A stretch of DNA of 64,000 nucleotides from Vermamoeba vermiformis (taxonomy: Eukaryota). The position numbers and the translations under genes are program-made. The stretch is from positions 186,001 through 250,000 of the forward strand of contig JBEWZL010000152.1 in NCBI GenBank assembly GCA_045837725.1, in the 5' to 3' direction. The notes beneath the pieces were generated by a model, which saw nothing but the letters and a program-made list of their open reading frames with translations, ran no database searches and had not been told where the DNA came from. Positions 45,729 through 57,066 of this stretch are shown piece after piece (within the stretch, counting starts at the first letter, position 1; each line of letters begins with the position of its first letter).

Positions 45729-46810
45729 ATTGACTAAAAAGTGTCTTAGGTCTTGACGGCGATTAATAAAATGACAATAGTGGGGAAAAAAATCCGTTTT
45801 TACTGCTGACGATTGACACCATTGGCACGTGGTCTTAACTCTTAATAAGGAAACTCCCGTCGCATTACGAGCGCTTGATTGAGTTACTTCGATTTGCACC
45901 TTATTAAGGCATGTAGCTTTGTTAGGTGTGACCATAACTCGCACCAGAGGCCTACTAATCTAGATCCGCAGTTCACGTTTGGATCTAAAAATTCAAATGT
46001 GCAAGAGGTACGCTAATAAAATAATTTGCCTTAAATGCACCCACGTTTGTAAAATTATATTTTAATCGTCTATTAGTTACTTTGTTCGGTGGTATTTGCA
46101 ATTCATCTTTGCCAAAGAGGGCGCGGAAGAAACGCAATTTAATTAATCAAGCCATTTTTGCTTTTGTTTAGCAATAACCACCTGCCAATCTGATAGATTA
46201 ATTCCCAAGAGCAGCATTGATTAGATTAATTTTTATCATATGTTGAGCTGTCTTTGTGTTTGTGTTATTGATGCGTGATGGGCGGATAAAATAAAGCCGC
46301 GCAACACGTAATTACGCGCCATCATCAATCAATTATGAACTAAATAATCATATTTAACCAATGGAAGTATTATAATAATACTTAATTCGCGGGCTAGGTT
46401 TAAAATAGCATGGAATTAGCAGGAGGATAATTTTTGTTAAGGCCTTGCTGCACAAGATAGATAACACAAGTAACACCGCAATATGTTACTTAATATAATA
46501 TTAATAATTTTGTGGAATTAAAAGACTTCAACTTACGTAGATCGCATTCAGATCAAATCAGCCCCAAACAGAAATTCCTTCTTGGTTCTCTGCTTCAAGA
46601 TACCATTTTTTGCCCATATACATGGTATATACCTGGTATAGTGCTCCTCTGATATCAAGCTTTGTTGTTGAAGATTTTTGGGCGGGATCAAAAAGTGACC
46701 GTTTTTTGCCTGATACCTTTTTATCAATTTTAACTTAATGCACTTGTAGAATAGCACAACTGTATAATCATAATATTATGTATATATTGTAACAAAACAC
46801 AATCGAGACA

Positions 46811-49800
46811 ATGACAGATCGACAATCAAGCGACGCGAATCTGAAACAGACTTCGCTTAATAAATTTATCGTACGAGGAAATACTCAAAGTAAGATCATT
46901 CGTTAAGTATTATTAAGACCATTAGCATCGTTAATTTTAATGTTTTATGGAGCGAAGGATCAAACAAAATCAGTTAATTTGAATTCAGAATTTTCTTTCG
47001 CTTATGAAACTCCAACAATATGCCTATTTTCATTTATTACTAATCAAAGAATTTAAATTATTATCAGTTTTACATTCATCAAAATTCTTTCGAAAGATGC
47101 GATCGGGTTTTCTTCGTTGATCTATTTCCTAGAAATGAGATACTATCAAAATACCGATTAACGATATTTTTAGATAAGCATAATCACCGAGATCAACCTT
47201 ATCCTACGGCGAACACCAAATCCAAACCTACTTTTGCGGAGATCAGAAAAAAAGTTGAAGCAGAGAAGAGTTTAAATAAGAGCAATTCATTTAGTGTCAA
47301 TAGTAATAAGGAATCGAAGAATACGAACCATCAGTTCTCAAAACAATTAAGTTTCAGCCAAAAACCAAGTAATAGCGGCAACTTTAAGAAAACTCAAAAT
47401 AATAGCAACAAATCGGATAGTAAGTCTAAAATTAGCATTGCAACTATTTTTATCAATTTTATTATTACGTGTATAATTATTTTCTTACTTTTTGTTCGGT
47501 AGATAAGAAAAATAGCGATGACGAAGGTTATCAAAGCCTCGAATTGCAATATGATATGGAAGAAGACGATAATAATAACGTCAATACTAACAAAAATAAT
47601 AACACGAATACGAGCAGCAGTTTGGATCCGACACAAAAATTGAGTTACGACAAAGAAGAGGATAATACACAAGAACTCAATTCAGATGAACTAGCAGAGT
47701 TAGAAAAAGATAATAGAGAAAGTGATCAGCCTACACAACCTAAATTATTAAAAGAATTGACTGCGCAGTTGAGCGATGCCGATATGTTTGCTTCGGTAAG
47801 TCAGATCCAAAAATTCCTTTTTTCTGCTTTCAATATTTTAATTTGCAGAGTATTTTTTCTTATATACCATCATATATTATTGCCTGATATGCATTTGCGA
47901 TCGTTAAAAACTCGCTTCTAATATCGGATCAGATCCTATCCTCGAATTCGAACAATTTAACTTGACTTGCTATATTACTATTCATTATTAAGTCATCATA
48001 TATTTTTATACCATTATAGGATACTAATTATGATGCATTTGTCCCTCTTAGGGTTTGAAGAATTTAGTAGTGGATCCGCTGGACAAATCGATCAAGTACA
48101 AAGACGCGTGGGACAATTTTCACGTCAAATTGCCGTGCTCGTCACAAAACACTTATAGCAAAGTCACTGATATTAATAAGAAGCTGTCGAAATGGGACTT
48201 AATTATTAACGCGCTCAATCAAGATATCACTTCATCTTACGACCTTGAGGTATGGAAATACTGATATTTTTACCATATTTGGAAAGGCACCGATTAATTT
48301 TTACCATTTTAGGAAGTTATATTGACGTACAATCCGAGTTTTAAGAACAAATGGAATTTCAAGGGCTTGCACGATTTTTGTTCCAAAGTGCTCAAAGACG
48401 GTGAAAAGAACAAATTTTTTAATAACACGCTGCCGTTTATTAAAGTAAGTCCTATTTAACTGTCTCATTACACTTGACATCACCCGAAGCTTATTGACAC
48501 TTGCCTTTTTAGGAAGTAGCGATGCAACTCCCGTCTTTGGTCAAGAAGCCCATTCCACTATTGATGCCCTCATTCGACAATGAACTGCTGTTGAGTCAAT
48601 ATCAAATTTGCAGTCTGCTCGCTAACGCATTCTTGTGCACTTTCCCGCGCAGATCTCAATCGAGCGGTACGACACTAATCGACCTCTAATTATGGTCACT
48701 AAACTCGCATATTAATTTTTTTATAATAGGTGAATATAGTAATTATCCGTCTATTAACTTTACGGAGCTATTTATGCCACCGTGCGATTCGAAAAAACAA
48801 GGAAAATTCCGATGTATTTTACATTACTTCGAGCGAATGAGCGAAAAGAGTACGTAATATACTAGTACTATAATTTATTTTAGCATATGTTCGTATTAAT
48901 ATTATATTGTTAGTTCCTGATGGCAACGTTTCATTTCACCGACAAACTTTGAACGATTTTCCAAAATGGTCACAGAGCCAAAAGACAATTCCAGAAATCA
49001 AAGTAAGGTCCTTTATAAATATAATACAGCTATATATTTATTAACGATAATAATTTCAGATCTCTACCGATGGTACGATTGAAGATGATGGCGTTAATAT
49101 GTTGCAAGTCGACTTCGCGAACAAAATTGTCGGAGGAGGTGTATTAGGACACGTAAGTATTATACAACAATATATAACCTAAAATTAGACAATTTTATCA
49201 ATTTTATTCGTCGAGTAACGGCTTCAAAAATTGTCATTAATTTAAAACATCAGATCGTTTCTAGAAATGGTACTAAAATAACGATATTTCATATTTAGGG
49301 TTGCGTACAAGAAGAAATTCGATTTTTGATCAACACAGAACTGATTATCAGTCGATTATTCACTGCGAAGTTAGAGAGCAACGAGTGTTTGATTATTAAA
49401 GGCGCTGAACGATTCGCTAACTATGTCGGTTATGGCACTAGCTTCCAATTTGCCGGAGATCACCGAGATTCAACGCCAAGGTACCTATGAAAACCACAAT
49501 GAAATTTCGGATCTCTCTCTCTCTCTTTTTTTCTCTTATTTTTATATAAATTCTTTCAAATCTCGCTCAGATTATTCTTTCGAAATATTTATTTAAAATG
49601 AGTACTAATAATGGTTTTATTTTTATAGGGACTCGATGCAGAGAATTAATACGACGATTGTTGCCATCGATGCGCTGTACTTCAGTCGACCAGCAGAGCA
49701 ATACAAGTCGTTTAGAGTCAAAAGAGAGCTTAACAAGGCCTATTGTGGCTTTTATATTCGCGACAACGATAGTACTGGACAAGGTGAATGGATTGCTACT

Positions 49801-50438
49801 GGTACGTTACAAAAATATTCGGTCAACGTTTGGTCAAACAACTTTAATACGCCATTTAATAATCATATTACACTTCCTTCTTAAACTAAATATTACGCAT
49901 GGTATTATTGTTGAATTAATGTTTAATTTCTGCGAGAAAATTTCGCGATCGGATCTCATTTTGGCGAAATAGCGTACATTCGCCGTTGTTTCTACGAATA
50001 TTACAATTATTTGGTAACTAATGATGTTATTGCATGCAGGTAATTGGGGCTGCGGAGTATTCAACGGCGATAAAGAACTAAAAAGCATCATTCAACTCAT
50101 GGCCGCTGCAGAAGTGAATAGACCGCTCTATTATTGTACATTTGGCAATCAGAAGTTCGCCGACAAATTGAAGACTTGCCACGAGCTATTGACGAGCGGA
50201 AAACATACAGTTAGTAAGTTGAACGAAATCCAGTACGCGATCCAGAATTTTTGATTATTTTACTACGTAAACCATTCGGATGCATTTACTACATATTAGT
50301 ATGATTTTTACGTTCATATATCTTACATTCTAAACTCTAGGTGAGATCTGGGCCGCTTTGAAAGAGTACCAAGACGTCGCTGAAGGATCAGGCTCGACTT
50401 TGAGTGTATTCGCATATTTAGACGCTCGATTATCATAA
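46811..50438 (+). CDS. PARG: Poly(ADP-ribose) glycohydrolase
   Basis: [48 protein letters not shown] (catalytic GGG-x6-QEE), [28 protein letters not shown]; low-complexity N-terminus with a PIP-like KQTSLNKF. Confidence 0.95.
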
Positions 50439-50734
50439 ACAAGGTACCTCTCTTACTATTAATTTTCCGAATTTAATCGGTTGTTCTAAAAATAGCGGAT
50501 CTCTTTCGAAAACGATTCCCTCGCAATCCTTTACTATTTGGCTAGTTACATAACATTAACTATATACTCCACATTATAAGGGCAAAGATTGTCATTATGA
50601 GAAATATTACAGAATTTAGAATTTTTAGTTTTGTGCGCTGCGTGTCTCAAAAAGCAGTATTTCTTGCTATCAAATACCACAAATATTTATTATATTTATT
50701 TTGTAAATATTTAAGCAAAAGCCCAATTATAAAT

Positions 50735-53559
50735 ATGTACATTGAACTGTGGGTTGACAGCTCTTTGGATCAGCTGGGTTGGTTTTTGAATAAAAAGCCG
50801 CCTACTGAGCAAGAATTAGCCGAGAAAAAAATAGTAGAATCTTTTAAGAAAGAATTTGGTCAAGGTAGAACCGTGACCGGATCTTTTCTTCAAAAGCCGG
50901 ATGGACGGATCGTTTACCAAGTTGCCATTGTCAACGACTACGCTCAATTTATTAAGAGCTGTAGAGACAAAGGTCTTGGCGTATATTTGAGCAATAAATT
51001 AAGCTCTCTTTGCCCGTACAATTTAATCGGCGTTAAAGAGGCGCTCAAATCTACTATGAATAACAAGCCCGGTGAAGGATGGAAGGAAATTGAGCCGACC
51101 GAGAAGAATATTATGCACATTGATTGTGGACCTTGGCTTTTTACTATTCATCGCATTCAACAGTTCGCTGACGAGACCGGATGGCAAGTAGAAAATTAGA
51201 AAATTATGAAATTGCATTTAATAACATTGATTTATTCTTAGGAACGTTACTGTAGAGCCCTCTCCTTTAGGCGATCGATTTTTCCGCATTAGCACGAAGG
51301 AGAAGCCTGCTCAAACGCTCGCGACTTTTTGGAACGTAGCGAATCTGTTTACAAGAAGCTTTGATCCTGATGTTAAGTTCGATCGCGTCAAGCTTTGGGT
51401 CGCCGATTTAGTCGCCGCTGGTCTGAAGCTCGAGAACAGCCGATGGTGCCGAAGAAACAGACTCGTTGGTCCGATCACGCAAGCAAATCAGACCGCATCC
51501 GCTCAAGCAGCTGCTTTAACTGGAAATAACAATAATAATGAGAATAAGGATGACGAAGATGGAGAAGATGAAGGCGAGAATGAAGAAAATAATGAAGAGA
51601 CCGAAGCGGATGTGGATGAAGAACCAAAGGTCGAAGAAGTGAAGCCTAAAGAAGAGCCTAAGATGAGGCTACATGATATCCGTCATCAAGTGGTCATTGA
51701 ACATCTCACGAAGATACTTAAGGACGTGCCTAATCCCGTCATCGTCGAACTCGGATGCAACAACGGCACTTTGTCCAAGAAAATGGCGGATGCGTTCCCG
51801 ACTGCAAAGTTTATCTTGGTTGATGCCGGAGTTTATATCCTTAGGAATAAGGCTTTGATGAAAGGTCGCCAGTACAAAGGTAACGGCTCGAGATCCAACC
51901 CCAAATTATCAATTTTATTTTAGGCTTGATTTATTAACTTATTTAACGTAGGTCGCATTAAGTTCACTCAAATGAATGCTATGATGCCCTGTGGTGGTCT
52001 GCCCGGCTTAATTCAACAAAATGGCGGTTGCGATGTCGTCGTTGCCTGCGAGTTTATCGAACACTTGCCCTCTCCTGAAGATGCGCTGCGAGTCTACAAA
52101 CTTGCCAAGTATTACTGGGGTGCCGACCACATAGTAGTTACAACGCCTAATCGAGACTACAACGTCAACATTCCTGCCGAACACTTGAGCGAGTATGGCA
52201 CTCGCGAGGACGACCATTACTTCGAATTCACTGAAAAGGAATGCTTCGAGTTTGTTAAGCGCCTCGATGAAGAAGTCAAGCTGCAAAGCCACTTCGTGAC
52301 GATTGAACCCTCTGTGGAGCTGCAAAGATCGTTGATGATGGTTTCCAAGAATTTGGAAAAGAGATCCACCGATCGGTTCAAGGAGTTCGTATTGCCACTC
52401 AAATCTGCTTTCAACGAGGTCTTGACCAGCACCATTTTCTTAACCAACCAATGGAAGAAAGTTCCTTATGCTGGTCCTACCATGGCTCCTGTGGATGCAG
52501 ATCCGAATCAAAACGATTACTTAGAACATCCGAATATGGCTTGGGAGTACTTCAAAAACGCTGGAAATCAATTTGCCGTTGCCGAGACTAAGGAAATGGG
52601 CAGTAGATTGATTATAGAAGTGTCTACTAAAGATGTCAATTTCTTCTCTCGTAACGGATTCAAAGCCAAAGTGTCACCTGACATTGCTGACACGTGTCAA
52701 CGCTTGCAAAATGTCATTGCATCTTTGGGCATCAAACGCATTGTTTTGGACTCCGAGTCTCTGCCCTGGAACTTACTCGGCGAGGGACTCATTGAACGCG
52801 AGTTTAGATTGCCTTGTGAAACTGCCTTGGCTTTCTGTCGTGCTTTGTACGGCGAGGAAGACAAGCGAACGCAAGACGTGCTCAAGTTGCAAAAAGTTCT
52901 GAGTTGGTACGACAAGCCAGAAGAAGACCCTTCTTTGGCCGTGTTCGACGTCTTGGACTGCGAATTTGAAGACGGAAAAATTGTCGACTTGACTCACCCT
53001 TGGAAGGTCAAGCGTGAGCTTGCTGAGAAAGTCATTCAAAGTACGTACAAAAACTTACTTAACAAAAAATGTGCCGGATCTAACTTTTTTTGTGGTAGCT
53101 TTGGGAGCCAAAAATATTCGTCTGACGACGTACAGAATCGTTGATTTGAATAACCCTGAGGACTGCTTGGCAGCTACAAATGAATGGGTCAAAGCTTGTG
53201 AAACAGGAGCTGAAGGCTGGGTCATCAAACCTCTCGAATTTTTCACGGGACACGATGAACGGGGCTTGTTGCCGGAGAACCTGTTCACCACAGAAGGCAA
53301 GTCTGTGCCGTACATGAAGGTCAGAGGCAAGCCCTACTTGAACATCATTTACGGCATTGGCTACGAGGACGCCTTGGCCGAGCTGAGACAACGAAAGTTC
53401 CACTTGAAGCGCAAGAGAAAGGCCTCGCGTGATCAGTACATCGCTGCGTACAAGTTACTCGTGGCTCATCGGAGCGGCAAAGACGAAGACATATTGCGCG
53501 CTTGTGCCACGTATTATGCTGTTTTGAACGAGTGTAAGGGCATCGATCCCACTTTGTAA
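50735..53559 (+). CDS. Bacterial-type Hen1 (ligase-activating domain + RNA 2'-O-methyltransferase) fused to a Pnkp RNA-ligase domain; 4 exons, 878 aa
   Basis: Exons 50735-51183, 51242-51879, 51952-53040, 53099-53559 total 2637 nt in one frame. Hen1-N: QLGWFLNKKP, VYLSNK, GWNVTVEP. MTase: LHDIRH, VELGCNNG, EFIEHL, TTPNRDYN, REDDHYFEFT. Ligase: YAGPTMAP, LEHP, ETKEMGSR, LDSESLPWN, AVFDVL, EGWVIKP, MKVRGKPYLNIIYG, C-terminal DPTL. Confidence 0.88.
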
Positions 53560-53713
53560 AATAAAGTGTTGATCCTCTTCGTCTCAGTGAAAACGAGTCT
53601 TCATCGCTAATAATTAATAAATTAATAAACAATCTGCTAGTTTGAACAAAAGGGTTCATATTTACAAACAGCTATTAAATTTACATCATAGAATTCATTT
53701 TTTGAGTTTTTTT

Positions 53714-53965
53714 TCAATTTTTCTCCTCGCTTGAACCAGCACCACTGCCAAGCAAAACTAAAAATATATTATCTCCTGCTTTAATTTCGTAGTCCTTGAT
53801 GGTCTTATTATCTTCCAGTGTACATCTACCAAACGTAAGCTTTTGTTGTTGCGGAAGAACTCCTTCTTTTTCTTGAATAACCTCCTTGAGACGTGTGATA
53901 GTGTCGGTAGGTTCTATATCAATATTCAAGACTTTACAGGTCAACAGCTTGACTTTAATTTGCAT
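53714..53965 (-). CDS. NEDD8/RUB-like ubiquitin-fold protein lacking the C-terminal di-glycine
   Basis: MQIKVKLLT...IDIEPTDTITRLKE..QEKEGVLPQQQKL resembles NEDD8; ends FLVLLGSGAGSSEEKN; intronless. Confidence 0.8.
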   Translation of the reverse strand: MQIKVKLLTCKVLNIDIEPTDTITRLKEVIQEKEGVLPQQQKLTFGRCTLEDNKTIKDYEIKAGDNIFLVLLGSGAGSSEEKN

Positions 53966-54357
53966 TGTGTTCGTCGGGATTTGAATTTTGATTACAACTA
54001 AATAATTTTGAAAATTGAAGTTTAAATGCGTCGCAAACTCATATAATTTTTACAATAAATTGCTGCGCTATCCAATTTATGCAGTACCAAGTCAAATCTG
54101 CTGCGGATCATCGACGGTCCCCTTGCAACATTTAACGGAAATCAACTTCTAAACATTTAAATATCATAAAGTAACTAATACGAACCTTTTAAGATGATAT
54201 TAATTATGTACAGGACTTGTGATCCAAAGTCACTTTGAAAATGTTTGACCAAGCCGTTTAAATTCGACATTGGGCTCGAAATCGCCTCATTTCAGTTTGT
54301 TTGACTGTGTAGCAACACTACTATTATAAGGACTCATAGTATCAAACTTCTAACGCC

Positions 54358-56503
54358 ATGTCTTCAAAAACTCAAGTCGATCGCAAGAGATTGAAGAGTC
54401 TGCTCGCCAAAGAAGAGCGCAGATTCATTGAAACTCACGCCAATAGGTACGATATATATAGTAGTGCTTATATATGAATAGCTTGTTAAAGCTCTATGAT
54501 GAGACCTTTCGGAGGGAACATCCGTAAACAATTAACTAACGCCCTGCTTTTTACCTTCAGCTTGAAGCTATTTGAACGCGCCAAGAAGTCGTTGTTGGCC
54601 GGAGTTCCTATGAGCTGGATGGTACGTTAATTAATCATTTTTTATACAGTGCGTCCCTTGACTAAACTGATTTGGATCGGATCAGATTCGTTGGGCTGGA
54701 AACTTCCCTGTCTTTGTTAAGGAAGGAAAGGGCCAATACTTTACCGATGTCGACGGTCACAAGTACTTGGATTTGTGCCTCGGGTAAGCTTCCCTACAAA
54801 TCTGTCAAAAAGTGTCATCTGAAATCCGCTTCGATTCTGTCAGATCACCTTCTAGAATCTTATTTTATGCCTCCTTAATTCTTTTAAATATTATTAAATT
54901 ATATAATAACACCTCCAAGCGAACCAATTCAATCAAATTTGAATTTACGAAATCCGGATGTTTTACCATTGCCCCGACGAAAAAATATCTTTGACCATTC
55001 TAACAAACTTTAATATAGTGATACTGGTGCTATGACTGGCCACGCCCCCTCTGAATCCATGGCCCCGATCGTCGATCGAATCCAAAAGGGAGTTACCTTT
55101 ATGTTGCCCACCGAAGATGCATTGACAGTCGGTGAAGAGCTTCAAAAACGATTTGGCTTGCCGTACTGGCAGATTGCTATGACCGCCACTGACGCCAACA
55201 GATTCTGCTTGAGACTCGCGAGACAGATCACCAAGAGACACTACATTGCTGTGTTCAACTGGTGCTACCACGGTACTGTCGATGAGACCTTCGTAGTGTT
55301 GGACGAAAAGACTGGCAAGGCTCAGAAACGCCCTGGTAACATTGGCGCTCAATGCGATCCCGCAACAACCACCAAAGTCGTAAGTAGATCAACTTATTCA
55401 ACACTAAATAATATTTATATGATTATACAATGCCATACCATATTAATTTATGGTGATGTTAGCGATTTTAAGACATTTTGATCGTGTTAAAAAAAATCTT
55501 TTCTAAATGTTCGATTGAATTTTCAAGGTCGAGTTTAACAACCTCGAAGCTCTTGAAGAAGTGCTCAAGAACCGTGACGTTGCATGCCTGTTAGCTGAGC
55601 CCGCCATGACCAACATTGGCATCATTCACCCCGAGCCCGGATATTGGGAGAAAGCTCGTGCCATCTGCAAGAAGTACGGCACTCTGTTGATTATGGACGA
55701 GACTCACACCATTTGCGCTGGTCCTGGTGGCTACACTCGTGCTTATGATATCTCTCCTGATATCTTCGTTATCGGAAAACGTAAGCAAATCAAAAATAAT
55801 GCATCAGATAGAAATTTCCAGCAATCTTGGGTTCGATCCGAAACCTAATCCAGCTCAAAAAATTCGTTTATCTCAAATAAGAGTATGAAATATAGTGTAC
55901 TAATGTATTTGTATCGATAGCTATTGCTTCTGGCATTCCTGCCGCTGCTTATGGTTTCTCTGAAGAGATGGCCAAGTTGATCCAAAGCTCGACTGACAAG
56001 GACACCATCGATACTAGCGGTATTGGTGGTACTTTGTCTGGTAACGCATTGGCACTCACTGCCATCAAGGCTACTTTGACTACTATCTTGACTGCTGAGC
56101 ACTACAAAAAGACGATCGCCTTGGCTGCTAGATTCACTGAAGGCGTTCAAAAGGTTATTGACGAGAAGAACTTGCCTTGGAGCATTACTCAATTGGGCAA
56201 CCGCGCTGAATACTGGTTCAGAGAGAAGCGCCCAAAGAACGGTGGTGAAGCTGCTGCCGCCTCAGATCTCGACCTCGATCGATACATGCACTTATACGCC
56301 TTGAACAGAGGAATTTTGATGACGTAAGTACTGAACGAACGCGGATCCAGCGAAAAAAAAACTCAGCTAATTTTTTTTTTACCAGTCCTTTCCACAACAT
56401 GGCTTTGATCGCTCCCACCACCACTGAAGCCGACATTGATTACCACACCAAGGTCTTCCGTGAGGCAGTTGAGGAACTCTTGAGTGGCAATGCCAAGTTG
56501 TAA
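54358..56503 (+). CDS. Class III PLP aminotransferase (GSA-aminomutase-like, bacterial-type subfamily) with C-terminal PTS1 (AKL)
   Basis: GVPMSWM, DVDGHKYLDLCLGDTGAMTGH, TATDANRF, YHGTVDE, EPAMTN, LIMDETHT, IGK-AIASGIP (PLP Lys), GGTLSGNAL; ends SGNAKL*. Confidence 0.9.
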
Positions 56504-56639
56504 ATTGACAACATTGAACACAATTTTGATTGTACAAATCACCGAAAACGAAACTCACTAACCAAATAATACCACCTTATAAATATTATAAATAATAAAC
56601 GCGAAACTATTTATTGACAAATTGGAATGTACTTATCAG

Positions 56640-56878
56640 TTAACGTGATTCGAAAGTCGAAAAAAACGTCAATTTTCGACGATTTGAATTTTGCAAAAAA
56701 AATCGAAATACTTTTCGATCTTGAATTTTTTTATGGTCTTCGAGCCCAGGAGAGACGTGCATTGGGGCCTATTCGAACAGAAAAAAACGAGAAGAAATGA
56801 AAAATGATTTTTTTGGGGACGAAATGACAAATCGATTTTGAAAGAATTTCGATTTTTTCGACTTTCGAATCATGTTAA
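56640..56878. mobile_element. MITE-like non-autonomous element with terminal inverted repeats bounded by TTAA
   Basis: Left ttaacgtgattcgaaagtcgaaaaaa versus reverse complement of right end ttaacatgattcgaaagtcgaaaaaa (25/26 identical); no ORF; lies between two convergent 3' ends. Confidence 0.6.
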
Positions 56879-57066
56879 GTAGCGCTGGATCTAATGCGTC
56901 TTTGTTTGAAAATTGATCAACGTATGAGCAGACACGTGACAGCGCTTTACAAAGTGGTCAGATATCAGATTAAAACGATTTTATTGGAACAAAAGCAAGC
57001 TGTGCTAACAAGATAACTGGTTACCACAGCTCATGGAGAGTATTGTGTTTGACTGGAACAAACTGT

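Noticed and set aside
53014-53144. Apparent frameshift between ORFs 51972-53144 and 53014-53559
   Set aside because: Fully explained by the canonical intron 53041-53098.
50735-53559. Bacterial contamination or ordinary small-RNA HEN1 as the explanation for the Hen1 gene
   Set aside because: Host-like introns and eukaryotic flanking genes argue against contamination; the bacterial-type N-domain and in-frame ligase are absent from canonical HEN1/HENMT1.
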